From: a virus
Direction: 5' to 3' (one strand)
DNA: 64,000 nt
UHGV virus genome: UHGV-0036853
The notes beneath the pieces are model-generated. The model was not told the DNA's origin. It searched no databases and saw only the letters and a list, made by a program, of their open reading frames with translations. Each line of letters starts with the position of its first letter. Position 1 is the first letter of the stretch. This document shows, piece after piece, positions 29,483 through 40,020 of the stretch. Position numbers and translations under genes: made by a program.

Positions 29483-29804
29483 TTTTTACGCCATACGCGG
29501 CTAACCCCAAAAGCAGTGCAGTAATAATGAACGACGTTATTTTAGAAACAATGCCGCCAAAGAACCCACTGGAGATGGAATCTAACCGGTTAAGGAGCTT
29601 GTCCAGATTGGAGTGTTGAATACTATGTTGCGCCGGGGTCATATCACCAAAGTAGGTTTTCAGCTGATCATTGACCTCCTGGCCAATTTCTTCACGTAGC
29701 TCTTTACCTAATTTGCCAACAACCTCCCGAGCAACGATCGCGGCAATACGCTCAACTTGCTCTGTTGTAACGCCCGCCATCTCGTTCGACATGTTTTCCT
29801 CCAT
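29469..29804 (-). CDS. putative holin/antiholin
   Basis: 111 aa; C-terminal TM segment; directly upstream of the hydrolase. Confidence 0.4.
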   Translation of the reverse strand: MEENMSNEMAGVTTEQVERIAAIVAREVVGKLGKELREEIGQEVNDQLKTYFGDMTPAQHSIQHSNLDKLLNRLDSISSGFFGGIVSKITSFIITALLLGLAAYGVKNGLQ

Positions 29805-29873
29805 GAAAAGTCAAATCGGGATGGCGGATTTATATCACATTTCACCCTTTTGTTGTAGGTGTGTACTTACCTA

Positions 29874-30107
29874 TCATTCAGCATTGCAACGGACTGATGA
29901 GAAAGCACCTACTCCTACCCATCGCCAGTTATAGATGCTACCCGCTTTGTATAAGGTATAGTCGTTCACTTTTTTAACAGCATATATGGGTATGACTGTC
30001 TCCTGTCCACCAATGATAGCCTCACCATAACATATAGGTGTCGGCAATTTCTGGCAGCCAGTAAGAGAGAGAACAACAGCTATTGTTAGAAATAATCTTT
30101 TCATCAT
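29874..30107 (-). CDS. small lipoprotein (candidate Cor/Llp-type superinfection exclusion protein)
   Basis: 77 aa; lipoprotein signal MMKRLFLTIAVVLSLTGC; sits just downstream of the tail fiber genes. Confidence 0.55.
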   Translation of the reverse strand: MMKRLFLTIAVVLSLTGCQKLPTPICYGEAIIGGQETVIPIYAVKKVNDYTLYKAGSIYNWRWVGVGAFSSVRCNAE

Positions 30108-30114
30108 TTACTCA

Positions 30115-30723
30115 TCAGTTATACAGATTTCTATTTATTACCGGTACTCTGCCATTTACGCTAAAACTATGGCCGCCATTAAGTTGGTTTACGAATATCG
30201 AGCTAACAGTATTTCCATATGCCGCATATCCATAAACCATTGTCATGGCTCCGCCCGGTACTGGAACAGCGAACACATTCGCATATGTTGGGATTATCGC
30301 TGGTGGGTAATCAAAAACATGCCCTCCAGAGCTGTTCCACTCCGTATTATTAAGAAAGGTAAATGAAAGTGGGATATTTGCCGTATTATAGATTTCCTCC
30401 CCTTGTGCATTGAAAAAACTCATGCCCCAAGTTTCTTTTTTGGCTATACCTTTCGAAAATACGTATATCGTGGCACTAGAGTCGCTACCCTGACCTCCGA
30501 AACTGTAAATCACCTGGTTGTTACGCACTATTCTGTTGGCTATTAATGAAACAGCTTTCGAATAGGCAACAAAAATCATCGGTGAACGATCTGGAGATAT
30601 TTGGGTGTTAAACTCTGTCCCGCCGGACAAAGAAACAACCTGCTTTCTCTGAAAAACGATAGGAGACAAAGAAGGAGACATCCAGACCTTCCCGTCAGAT
30701 CGATATATCTTGCTTCCGTACAT
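30115..30723 (-). CDS. tail fiber-associated protein (distal fiber or assembly)
   Basis: 202-aa ORF coupled (TAATG) to the upstream 84-aa ORF, downstream of the side tail fiber. Confidence 0.35.
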   Translation of the reverse strand: MYGSKIYRSDGKVWMSPSLSPIVFQRKQVVSLSGGTEFNTQISPDRSPMIFVAYSKAVSLIANRIVRNNQVIYSFGGQGSDSSATIYVFSKGIAKKETWGMSFFNAQGEEIYNTANIPLSFTFLNNTEWNSSGGHVFDYPPAIIPTYANVFAVPVPGGAMTMVYGYAAYGNTVSSIFVNQLNGGHSFSVNGRVPVINRNLYN

Positions 30724-30977
30724 TATTTTTGAAAAACCAATATGTTTAAATTACCACTAGCTCCAGACCATGAAATGGTATTTCCAGAAACCGTAAGACT
30801 TGTGTATTTCCCATTGGTTACGTCCATTATGTAATAGTCGATTCCCAATCCCGCCTCAACATCATATGTTCTACTTCCAGAACCAGAGGGAGTAAAATAA
30901 TCGAGGTAATAAACAGGGGCCAACGCATCGACCATCTCCTGTCTTGATGGCGACCAAACCTGTGCACCATAGCTCAT
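30723..30977 (-). CDS. tail fiber-associated small protein
   Basis: 84-aa ORF. Confidence 0.35.
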   Translation of the reverse strand: MSYGAQVWSPSRQEMVDALAPVYYLDYFTPSGSGSRTYDVEAGLGIDYYIMDVTNGKYTSLTVSGNTISWSGASGNLNILVFQK

Positions 30978-31067
30978 AAATATATCCTTATAACTGCGGT
31001 TGTGAGGCCATATTTATCGACCTCACAACCATCTTATAAATTATCCTTATTAGAAATAATGTCTAAA

Positions 31068-34000
31068 TCAGTTGCTTGTTGCCCCAACAGTACCGGCAAA
31101 TTTCAGCCATTGACCTGACGGACTTCTATTACTACGGTAGTGATAAACGAGGATTGCGTTTGTCACTCCACCGTAGTCAGCTTTATGTGACGTTGTTAAA
31201 CGAATTGTATAATCACCGTTAGGTAGATTAAAAACTTCGATTATAGATTCTGCTAATTCTACAGCACCAAATCCCGTTATATTGTTGATACTGCCAGCAT
31301 TGAATCCCATAGCATCGCCAAAGCCAATCCAATAACTTTTGCTAAATGCCCCATTTGATTTAAGGTGGCTAATGAATGTGGACAAACTCATGCCCATATC
31401 CCCACCAGAAACAGAGGAAGTTCGCACAGTCATGCTTGGAAGAGAACTACTCTTCACATAGGAACTGAGAAGGTTTGTTACCTCTGTTTTCGTATAAGCA
31501 TTAAGGTTAGCCGCAGTCAAAGTTATATCGGCAGAGCCATCAAACGCCACACCAGCAATTTTCCTTGCTGTCTGCAATTTTGTGGCGGTTGCAGCATTAC
31601 CAGTAGTGTTCTGATTACCGGTCGTATTCACACCAGGTAAGTTAATATTGGCTGTACCGTTAAAACTAACACCACCGATAGTACGAGCCGTTTGTAACTT
31701 CGTGGCTGAAGCTGCGTTACCAGTCGTATTCTGATTACCCGCTATATTAACACCCGGCAAGTTAATATTGGCGGTACCATTAAACGACACACCTCCAATT
31801 GTTCTGGCTGTCTGCAACTTCGTTGCAGAGGCTGCGTTGCCAGTAGTGTTCTGATTACCGGTGGCATTGACACCTGGAATAGAGTCTTTGGACGTATAAA
31901 CTTGCGCCCATTCAGACCAACTGGATGCATCCGTATCTCGTCGCGAACGTACATGTACAGGCGCATGAGCACCACTTGTACCGCTCCAACCTATGAACAA
32001 CTCACCTTCACCAACGGCCGTTGCGCCCTTAAGATGAAGCACATTCCCGTAAGTCGAAGGGTAGCCATTGTTATATGCCTCGTACATCTGCAATCCAGTC
32101 GCAGCACCTTGTGTTGTACCGGTGAGCGCAGTAACGCGTCCTCTGGACGTAATTGTTGGTATTGAAATATTCGCAGAGCCGTTAAACGACACCCCGTTAA
32201 TAGTTCTAGCAGTTTGCAACTTGGTCGCTGTGGCCGCGTTACCGGTAGTGTTCTGATTACCGGCAGCATTAACACCAGGCAAATTAATATTCGCAGTGCC
32301 ATCGAAGCTAACACCACCGATGGTTCTTGCTGTCTGCAATTTAGTAGCTGTAGCAGCATTACCTGTGGTGCTTTGGTTGCCAGCTTTGTTAACTCCGGGC
32401 AAGTCGATGTTGGCAGTTCCGTTAAATGAAACGCCACCAATCGTTCTTGCCGTTTGAAGTTTTGTAGCGGTTGCGGCATTACCAGTAGTGCTCTGATTAC
32501 CTGCCGTGTTTACACCAGGCAAATTTATGTTCGCAGATCCATCGAAGGCCACGCCGCCGATAGTTCTTGCAGTCTGCAATTTCGTGGCGGTACTCGCATT
32601 GCCATTCAATGAACCAGTTAATCCACCAGTAACAGACAACGGACCTGAAACCGTCCCTCCTGATGTTGATAATGCACCTATATCCGATGGCGTAGGTTTG
32701 TATTTTGTATTGTAGTCTCGTCGCCAGCCTGGAGAATAATCTGTCCCGTGGTTAATATAAGTAAATTGAGCGTTAGCAGTACCACCACCGCTAGATGTTG
32801 TTGGTGTGGTAACGCGGATCGTCATTGCTGACTTTATCCCCATTACCTCAATTACTGCCCCGGCAAGATGAATATTGCCACAACCAGTATCAGTAATGAT
32901 TTTGTTGTTGCCATACGACCATGAGCCTTTACACATCCAGTACGGATGATTAAACGCCCCTTGAGAGTCCAACCATTCGACAAACTGTGCCGTAGTCCAG
33001 TTTCCTGCTGTTGTACTTACAGAGCCTCCAAATGCTCGCCCAGCGCCAATATTTTTCGTGAAGGTATCCTTACCTGGTATATCAGCACCATTCTGGTTCT
33101 TCGCCAATCGGCTATTCGCATTGTCATTCGCAGCTTTAACTGCCTTTGGAGTTGCAGCCAGTGATTCGCTGGTGCTATCGACAGCACTGCTAAGTTTCAC
33201 AACACCTTTAGTTGTAAGGCTTGCGTCTTCCATCGCAACTGCACCGGCAATCTCTTCAGCACGATCAGCGGCAGCTTCTGCACGGGTCGCAGCGGATTCA
33301 GCAGCAGTTTTGCTCTGAGATGCAGCCGTCGCACTGCCTGCCGCCTCTGTTGCTTTCGTGGATGCCGTTGAAGCACTACCCTTCGCAGCTGATGCCTGCT
33401 TGGTCGCCTCATCCTTTGAAGCAGACGCCGAGGTGGCTGATGCTGACGCAGAACTTGCAGATTCAGCAGCCGCAGTCTTAGAGGAAGCGGCATTGTCTTC
33501 TGAAGACTTTGCATTTGTTTCAGAGGTTTTCGCTGCTGATGCTGAATTTTTAGCGGCTGTAGCCTGATTCGTCGCCTCAGTCGCTTTTGCGGTAGCTGTT
33601 GCCGCTGATGACGACGCGCTTTCCGCAGATTTTCCTGCCGCAGTTGCACTTGATGAAGCACTATCCGCACTTGCTGAGGCTGCGCTTGCTGACGCTTCTG
33701 CCGCAGATTTCGAACTGTTTGCAGACGATGCACTCTGCCCGGCTGCCGTTTCAGATGCTTTTGCGTTTGTCTCTGACGCTTTTGCTGCCTTAGACGAATT
33801 TTCAGCTTCTGTTGCAAATGATGCCGCCGCGTTTGCACTCGATGAAGCGTTAGCCTCTGATGCTTTAGCCGCATCCTTAGATGCAGAGGCACTGGACGCA
33901 GATGTGGCCGCCTCCGATGCTTTAGTCGACGCTACAGATGCTGATTCTGCTGCCGCGACATATGCTGATTCTGCGTTCGTTTCAGATTTTTTCGCAGCAG

Positions 34001-34595
34001 TTGCACTCGCACTTGCAGCACTTTGTGAGGATTCCGCAGCGGATGCACTTTGAGACGCTTGAGAGGCTTTTTCTCCAGCGGTATTGGCGCTTTCTGCTGC
34101 TGCGGCAGCACTGGCCGCCGCCTCACGAGCTTTGTCGCCAGCAGCGTCAATCGCATCGGTGTTATTTTTATACCACTCAACGTTTTCGTTGTGCTCGTTG
34201 ACGATCTGCATCAGCGGCTTAACGGTCACTTCTGTACCGTCTTCACGCTCGATTGTCACCTCATCCAGCGCAGTCAACCAACTGCGCATGGACTTGGAAT
34301 CAGCCGACATACGCGACATTAGCGCAGTAAAGCGCGCGCTAAACTGTGTTAAGTCGCCTTCATAGGTCGTAATGATTCGGCACGGAACTTCAGACTGAGT
34401 TTCGCCGGTATAAGGTTCTGAGAGAACAATATTCGTATCGCTTGTTACGCGCTTGATCTCATACAGCTTATTGTCGGGGCCAATGACGATCATCCCCGGC
34501 AACACACCATTAGCTGTTACGTTCCAGGCTGTCCCAACCCCAACCAGAGTATTGCTACCCTGTGTAAATGTGATAGTACCTTCCCTGTACCACAT
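31068..34595 (-). CDS. side tail fiber protein with tandem ~38-aa repeats
   Basis: 1175 aa; Ala/Ser-rich coiled region; at least 8 repeats of GNQNTTGNAATATKLQTARTIGGVSFNGTANINLPGVN. Confidence 0.8.
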   Translation of the reverse strand: MWYREGTITFTQGSNTLVGVGTAWNVTANGVLPGMIVIGPDNKLYEIKRVTSDTNIVLSEPYTGETQSEVPCRIITTYEGDLTQFSARFTALMSRMSADSKSMRSWLTALDEVTIEREDGTEVTVKPLMQIVNEHNENVEWYKNNTDAIDAAGDKAREAAASAAAAAESANTAGEKASQASQSASAAESSQSAASASATAAKKSETNAESAYVAAAESASVASTKASEAATSASSASASKDAAKASEANASSSANAAASFATEAENSSKAAKASETNAKASETAAGQSASSANSSKSAAEASASAASASADSASSSATAAGKSAESASSSAATATAKATEATNQATAAKNSASAAKTSETNAKSSEDNAASSKTAAAESASSASASATSASASKDEATKQASAAKGSASTASTKATEAAGSATAASQSKTAAESAATRAEAAADRAEEIAGAVAMEDASLTTKGVVKLSSAVDSTSESLAATPKAVKAANDNANSRLAKNQNGADIPGKDTFTKNIGAGRAFGGSVSTTAGNWTTAQFVEWLDSQGAFNHPYWMCKGSWSYGNNKIITDTGCGNIHLAGAVIEVMGIKSAMTIRVTTPTTSSGGGTANAQFTYINHGTDYSPGWRRDYNTKYKPTPSDIGALSTSGGTVSGPLSVTGGLTGSLNGNASTATKLQTARTIGGVAFDGSANINLPGVNTAGNQSTTGNAATATKLQTARTIGGVSFNGTANIDLPGVNKAGNQSTTGNAATATKLQTARTIGGVSFDGTANINLPGVNAAGNQNTTGNAATATKLQTARTINGVSFNGSANISIPTITSRGRVTALTGTTQGAATGLQMYEAYNNGYPSTYGNVLHLKGATAVGEGELFIGWSGTSGAHAPVHVRSRRDTDASSWSEWAQVYTSKDSIPGVNATGNQNTTGNAASATKLQTARTIGGVSFNGTANINLPGVNIAGNQNTTGNAASATKLQTARTIGGVSFNGTANINLPGVNTTGNQNTTGNAATATKLQTARKIAGVAFDGSADITLTAANLNAYTKTEVTNLLSSYVKSSSLPSMTVRTSSVSGGDMGMSLSTFISHLKSNGAFSKSYWIGFGDAMGFNAGSINNITGFGAVELAESIIEVFNLPNGDYTIRLTTSHKADYGGVTNAILVYHYRSNRSPSGQWLKFAGTVGATSN

Positions 34596-34687
34596 GTTGA
34601 ATATGCTCCTTGATTTGGCGGGCTATCCTTGCCCGCCATTAAGTAAGTACATACTTATTTTTACCGATGTAAATATTTTTTTCTACA

Positions 34688-37600
34688 TTACAGAAGGCCA
34701 ATTCTTACTCGTAGGACGTTGTTATCGTCATAAACGTCAATCCGCTGACCATTTATGACCAGTCGCCCATTACCTCCGCTATTACCGTTGATCTCAAGCG
34801 TTCCATTTTTGCCGAACCGCCATCCAGATCTACCGCTAACAAAATTGGTAGATTGCAGATCGCCTACTTTTGCATTGGTGATTGTGCCATCCTTGATATA
34901 CGCACCATTCATATAGGCGATACTGTTTTCGATAACAAATGGCGTGGTGATCTTCCCGTTAACAGAGTTGACCAAACCAAATCTGTCCGCCTGCACCAAA
35001 AACTGAGAAAGACCGGTGGTGTCGATACCAAGCGCAATACCGGCAACATACTTCTGCCCTCCGCTCGTTGAAGTCTCCATTTTCAACGTCCACGCGGTTG
35101 AGACTTTTTTGTTGGTATCAGCAATGGCCGTTGCCTGCTGTTGAATTGTCGCGGTATTTCCATCCACCTCTGCTTTCAGAGTATCGATTCGCCCACTTAG
35201 AGCATTATCTGCCTGCGTTCTCGCTGTCGTTTCAGTTGTGACCGCCGCAGAAATGTTGGCTGCTGTTTGAGACTCTAAGTTTGTGATTTGAGTCGCCAGT
35301 GCCGCATCTTGCTCTGTACGCGTTTTCGTTTCGGTTGCTACAGCCGCTTTAATATCCTCTTTGTATTGAGAGGTCAGCTTGGTGATCTGAGATGACAACG
35401 CCGAGTCAGCATCAGTTCGAGCCTGCGTTTCAACTGCAACGGCCGCACTAATATCTTTCGCAGTCTGTGCTTTTAAACTTGAAACCTCTTTTGTTAAAGC
35501 GGTATCACCATCTGCACGAGCCGTTGTTTCTCTGGCAAGAGATGCCTCGAGATCATTAGCTTTTGCTGTAAGAGACGTAATCTGAGTGGACAATGCACTA
35601 TCGGCATCAGTCCTTGCCTTTGTCTCTACAGCAACCGCTGCGGCAATATCAGTTCCGGTCTGTGCTCGCAGGCTGTTAATTTCTCGTGAGAGCGCCTGGT
35701 CAGCACTTGCCCTGGCCTCCTGCTCCTGAGTGATGGCAGCGGATATATCACCGTCAACCTTTGACTGAAGCTGGTTTATTTGTTTGGCTAATGCAGAGTC
35801 CCCGCTTGCTCGAGCCTCCTGCTCACTACGTATTGCAGCAGAAATATCATCATCAACCTTTGCCTGAAGTTGGGTGATCTGACTTGCCAGAGCCGAATCT
35901 TCCGTTGCTCGGGCTTCTTGCTCTTCCTTAATAGCTGCGACGATATCGTTGCTTACTTTCGACTCAAGCTGAGTGATCTGTGTCGTCAGAGCTTCATCGG
36001 CAGATGTACGAGCCTCCTGCTCTGTACTAATCGCCGCGCTGATATCTCCTTCAAACTTAGATTGCAGCTGAGTGACACGCTTTGCCAACGCTTCATCGCC
36101 ATCGGCACGAGCGGTGGACTCTTCCAGAATACTGGCCTTAATGTCTTCGCCAATTTCTACGCGAATTTCCTCAACCTTCGTGGCCATTGCAGACATATCA
36201 TCAGCAAAGGTTTTCTGTGTTGTTGCGATCTTCGCGTTATTGACCATCTGCTTGTGCTGGTCTTCATCTTGACGAAGAGCCAGGTCAATATTTGTTTTGG
36301 CTAACGCCTCAATGTTCGTAGTCAGTTCTGCACTGGCACGATCGACCTCTGCAACCGTCTTTTTCATTTCTTCAACAGCAGCGGAGCTTTCCTCTACCGT
36401 TGACTGCAACACTTCCAGTTGTTTAGCGTTTGCAGCATCGCCTTCAACACGAGCCTCGCTTTCCTTAGCAATAAGAGCTGCTGCTTCATCTCTTGCAGCC
36501 TTTATTGCCTCGACTGTATTAGCGAGAGCTTTATCGTGTTCAGATACGGTGTTTTCGATTTCAACAATTGCAGCATCAGTAGCATCAATTTTTTCAAACG
36601 CTTCATTGACCTTGTCGATCGTTGCCGAAACCTCACCTTTAAGCTCGGTTTGTGCGTTCTCCAAAGCATCGCTACGCTCGTTGAATTTTATTTCAAAATC
36701 CGCGAGGTTATCGCTGAACTGCTTATCTAATTCAGCTATATCTTCCTTAACGTCGTTTACCGACCCCTCCAAAGATTCGACGCTCTGGTTGATATGCTCA
36801 TTTAACTCGTCAACTGCTTCTTGAGAGGCTTTGCTGTTGATGTCCTCAAGCAGAGCCTGACCAAGCTCAGACGATGTAATCTTACCTTCCAGGAACGACA
36901 GTACATCGCGAGTTGTCGCCTCTGTACCCAAGTTTGAGTTCGGAGGACTTAACATGCCGCGCTTGTTCGATGCTCGAACCCAGTAATACCACGTTTCACT
37001 ATCCCCAAGACCAGCATGTGTAAAGGTGGTGCTTGCAGACTCCGCGATCAGTTTCGCCGTATCCAGATTGTTGGTCTGGGATGCGTAAACATTAATGTGA
37101 TCAAGGTCTACCGAATCTGGATTAACCCAATTTAGTATCACATTACGATAGTCTCCAACGGCCGTTAATGACGTTGGTGCATCCGGCGGTGTCATTGTGC
37201 CCAGCACCTGATAAACGGTACTGATAATTTCTGTTTTTTTACCGTTGAATGAAACCGCATACAGTTGGAAGTCGTAGCGTCCATTCTCCGCGACATTAAC
37301 GATTTCGTATTGCTCTTCGGTTACACGCGCCGATTGCCAGTTCGATACATTGTTTTCATCAGAACGTCGCCAACTGATCCAATACTCTGGAGATTTCCCT
37401 TCCCATGTTGCAGTCAGTTTTACTGACAGGTTTCCCGGGCTTGAGAGATAAGTCCCTTCAGTGATTTGCAAATTAGATGGCTTGGAGTAAGTCGGGTCCA
37501 ATACCGTCGTATTCTGCGGGATAAGCGTTGCACCATTGTCGATTGCCTCATATTTAGACGGATTGTTCTCAACAGCGGTGATGTCAAAGCTACCCGGCGT

Positions 37601-39418
37601 TTCCCCCTGCGCGATGTTAACGATGCGAACGCGCATAGGTTCGAGATCTGGTTCTGTAATTGTCCAGACACCGTTCAAAACAGGCGTTTCCGCTGACGAC
37701 AGGGCTTTTGAAAACGTAACCTTTGTTATGTTTTCGCCAGTTTCAAGAACATCGCGTTCAACGATTTTGCCTTCCTGATTCAATATCCGAATAAAGCTGC
37801 CGCTTTTAGCTAACGACACAGGCGCATCGAGAGTGATGCTGTTTTTGGTAAACTCCACAATTCGACCGGAGTTACGTTTACCTGCACGATATTTGTTCTG
37901 AATCAGAACGGTTTCACCGGGCATCAGAAATGAGGCGTCTAAGCCGGCAGTAAATGTAATTACATCCGACTCCATTCTGGCGGTATACAAAAGCCACAAA
38001 CCAACTCGGTGAGCCTGGCCTCGGCTTGTACATCCAAATGCTACGACTTCTGTTTTACGCTCACCATAACGGCGCATTGCGTCCTGATCTTCAACGTACT
38101 CGATGTTTTGCTTATAACCGTCCTCCTTGTTGTTGTAGGTCACGAGCGCAACGGATGGGCGATCTTTACGCGCAGAACCTTTATAGGTAAACAGTCCATC
38201 TTTGACGTTGGAGTTGGTAAACATCATTACCGGATCTGATGGGCTATCCTGCATGATGTTAACCATGCCACCAGCCCAAAACACCATGCCGCGGAATGCA
38301 CCGGCAATATCCTGAATTAATCGGTATGCGTCTTGTCGACTGGTGATCTGCGTATTGATTGCAAAGCGTTTCTCTTTACCCCCAAAGCCATCATCGACCT
38401 CTTCGTCACAATATCGACCAATCAGGTAGAGCTGGCCGAGGTCAATCATGGATTCCGACACAAATTGCCCAAGACCATACCGAGTATTGGTAAGCAAATC
38501 GTAGAGAATCCACGCAGGGTTTGAAGAAGACAACAGCTTAAAAGTACCGTCCCATACGCCGACATAAGTATTGGTGTATTCGTTGTAGTTTGACGGCACT
38601 CGAATTTTGATACCGCGCACCAAATACGAACGAGAAGGCATTGTGCTACCAAACTGCTCTGAATTGACCTTTAAGCCAACAAGTGCAGAGTTAGGGTAGT
38701 TCATGGGTGTATCTACAATCTCACCTATGGAATCAACCCATGTGTCGTTGTAGAGGTACTGGCTACTGTTATCATCTGTAAGACGAATCACCCTAACCTT
38801 GTATGCACGACCAGGCTTAGGTAGTTTCAGCTCATAGCTACGGTAATACACTCCTGTTTTCTTTGCCGTTAGCGTGATATCAACGCTTTTCTCACCTTCT
38901 GCCACTACATCAGAAAATGTTGCGTCTCCGTTGGCGATCTGGAATTTGTACTTCACCGTAGTGCCATTTGTATCGCCAGAGCTTTTATCAACGCTACGTA
39001 AAGAGGGGAATTTCATGATGACACGAACGCGATCAGCTTCATCGTTATCGATTGAAACCGTAACGTCGTGTGTTTTTTTAAGCTGAATATTTACGGACTT
39101 AGGCGTTTCAACAAAATCAAAACCAGCCATTGGCGTCTGGTCTTGTGAGCCGTCACGAAAATCCCATGTAATACCGCTGAAGTTGGAAGAGCCATCTTCA
39201 TTCAAGATCGGTAAATCGTCGATGAAGATCGACTTTGCGCCATTTACCAGGCCACCGATAACCCCCTCACCAAGAAGGTCGAGGATGGCTGCCATAGCAC
39301 GAGAATTGACAGTATCATCAGCTTCAACCGGGGTACGGCTGGAGCTTTTACTTTTCTTGCCACCAGCACCGGCAATAAGAAGCGGTAATTTTTTCTTCTT
39401 GAACTGTTCCATGTCCAA
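34688..39418 (-). CDS. central tail fiber / host specificity protein J-like
   Basis: 1576 aa; lambda J-like N-terminus; fibronectin-like region; long tandem coiled-coil repeats. Confidence 0.8.
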   Translation of the reverse strand: MDMEQFKKKKLPLLIAGAGGKKSKSSSRTPVEADDTVNSRAMAAILDLLGEGVIGGLVNGAKSIFIDDLPILNEDGSSNFSGITWDFRDGSQDQTPMAGFDFVETPKSVNIQLKKTHDVTVSIDNDEADRVRVIMKFPSLRSVDKSSGDTNGTTVKYKFQIANGDATFSDVVAEGEKSVDITLTAKKTGVYYRSYELKLPKPGRAYKVRVIRLTDDNSSQYLYNDTWVDSIGEIVDTPMNYPNSALVGLKVNSEQFGSTMPSRSYLVRGIKIRVPSNYNEYTNTYVGVWDGTFKLLSSSNPAWILYDLLTNTRYGLGQFVSESMIDLGQLYLIGRYCDEEVDDGFGGKEKRFAINTQITSRQDAYRLIQDIAGAFRGMVFWAGGMVNIMQDSPSDPVMMFTNSNVKDGLFTYKGSARKDRPSVALVTYNNKEDGYKQNIEYVEDQDAMRRYGERKTEVVAFGCTSRGQAHRVGLWLLYTARMESDVITFTAGLDASFLMPGETVLIQNKYRAGKRNSGRIVEFTKNSITLDAPVSLAKSGSFIRILNQEGKIVERDVLETGENITKVTFSKALSSAETPVLNGVWTITEPDLEPMRVRIVNIAQGETPGSFDITAVENNPSKYEAIDNGATLIPQNTTVLDPTYSKPSNLQITEGTYLSSPGNLSVKLTATWEGKSPEYWISWRRSDENNVSNWQSARVTEEQYEIVNVAENGRYDFQLYAVSFNGKKTEIISTVYQVLGTMTPPDAPTSLTAVGDYRNVILNWVNPDSVDLDHINVYASQTNNLDTAKLIAESASTTFTHAGLGDSETWYYWVRASNKRGMLSPPNSNLGTEATTRDVLSFLEGKITSSELGQALLEDINSKASQEAVDELNEHINQSVESLEGSVNDVKEDIAELDKQFSDNLADFEIKFNERSDALENAQTELKGEVSATIDKVNEAFEKIDATDAAIVEIENTVSEHDKALANTVEAIKAARDEAAALIAKESEARVEGDAANAKQLEVLQSTVEESSAAVEEMKKTVAEVDRASAELTTNIEALAKTNIDLALRQDEDQHKQMVNNAKIATTQKTFADDMSAMATKVEEIRVEIGEDIKASILEESTARADGDEALAKRVTQLQSKFEGDISAAISTEQEARTSADEALTTQITQLESKVSNDIVAAIKEEQEARATEDSALASQITQLQAKVDDDISAAIRSEQEARASGDSALAKQINQLQSKVDGDISAAITQEQEARASADQALSREINSLRAQTGTDIAAAVAVETKARTDADSALSTQITSLTAKANDLEASLARETTARADGDTALTKEVSSLKAQTAKDISAAVAVETQARTDADSALSSQITKLTSQYKEDIKAAVATETKTRTEQDAALATQITNLESQTAANISAAVTTETTARTQADNALSGRIDTLKAEVDGNTATIQQQATAIADTNKKVSTAWTLKMETSTSGGQKYVAGIALGIDTTGLSQFLVQADRFGLVNSVNGKITTPFVIENSIAYMNGAYIKDGTITNAKVGDLQSTNFVSGRSGWRFGKNGTLEINGNSGGNGRLVINGQRIDVYDDNNVLRVRIGLL

Positions 39419-39429
39419 AAAATCCTTGA

Positions 39430-40020
39430 TTACATAAGCTGGTCGATGGTGATAGAAGAACTCACGACCTGTGAGCCAACTAAAATTTCCTCGCCATAGA
39501 TAAGCTGTACAGGGTTCCCCTGGTTTGTTGTGTTTTGAGGTCCATCAAAGTAATAAGAGTTCGAGTTATCCGCCTGCCTCACACTTTCGTTAGTGGCTTG
39601 CGGAGATATGATTTGCGCTATACCGCCCATCATCAGTGACAAACCGAGAGGCGCAAGAGCGGGCACCCATATCGAGGCAACCATTAATACTGCTCCAACA
39701 ACCGTCTGAAACCATCCAAAAGCAGATCCACCACTTCCTCGCGGAACAGGGGTAATGCGGATTTTTGCAATATTGTCAGACTGCCCCATCATCTGATATT
39801 CACTCTCGTCCACAGACCACTTGTGGCCCTGTTTATTGGTGATCTGGATGTGGTATCTGTCATAGGTTTTGATATTGCGCTTCATCCATGCTTTAAACCC
39901 AGGCTTGTTGGCCTCAATTAAATCCAGAGCCTGTTTTGTATTGCGCACCTTTAGATGCCAGTGGCGGCCAAAATGTTTGGCCATAGGGCCGCCAAGCTGC
40001 ACATGAACTAACTCAGACAC
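39430..40020 (-). CDS. tail assembly protein I-like
   Basis: 196 aa; position between K-like and J-like genes; C-terminal hydrophobic segment. Confidence 0.7.
   Translation of the reverse strand: MSELVHVQLGGPMAKHFGRHWHLKVRNTKQALDLIEANKPGFKAWMKRNIKTYDRYHIQITNKQGHKWSVDESEYQMMGQSDNIAKIRITPVPRGSGGSAFGWFQTVVGAVLMVASIWVPALAPLGLSLMMGGIAQIISPQATNESVRQADNSNSYYFDGPQNTTNQGNPVQLIYGEEILVGSQVVSSSITIDQLM

Noticed and set aside
31500-32600. Possible CRISPR array suggested by regular ~114-bp DNA repeats
   Set aside because: The repeats are in-frame protein repeats within the tail fibre gene, not direct repeats with unique spacers; no cas genes in the window.
33197-33892. 231-aa Arg/Gln-rich ORF and several other ORFs on both strands inside the tail fibre gene
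   Set aside because: Low-complexity translations of the repetitive Ala/Ser-coding region in other frames; the 1175-aa fibre frame is clearly the coding one.
36297-36824. Plus-strand 175-aa Ser/Ala-rich ORF inside the J-like gene
   Set aside because: Shadow ORF of the coiled-coil repeat region; no start context.
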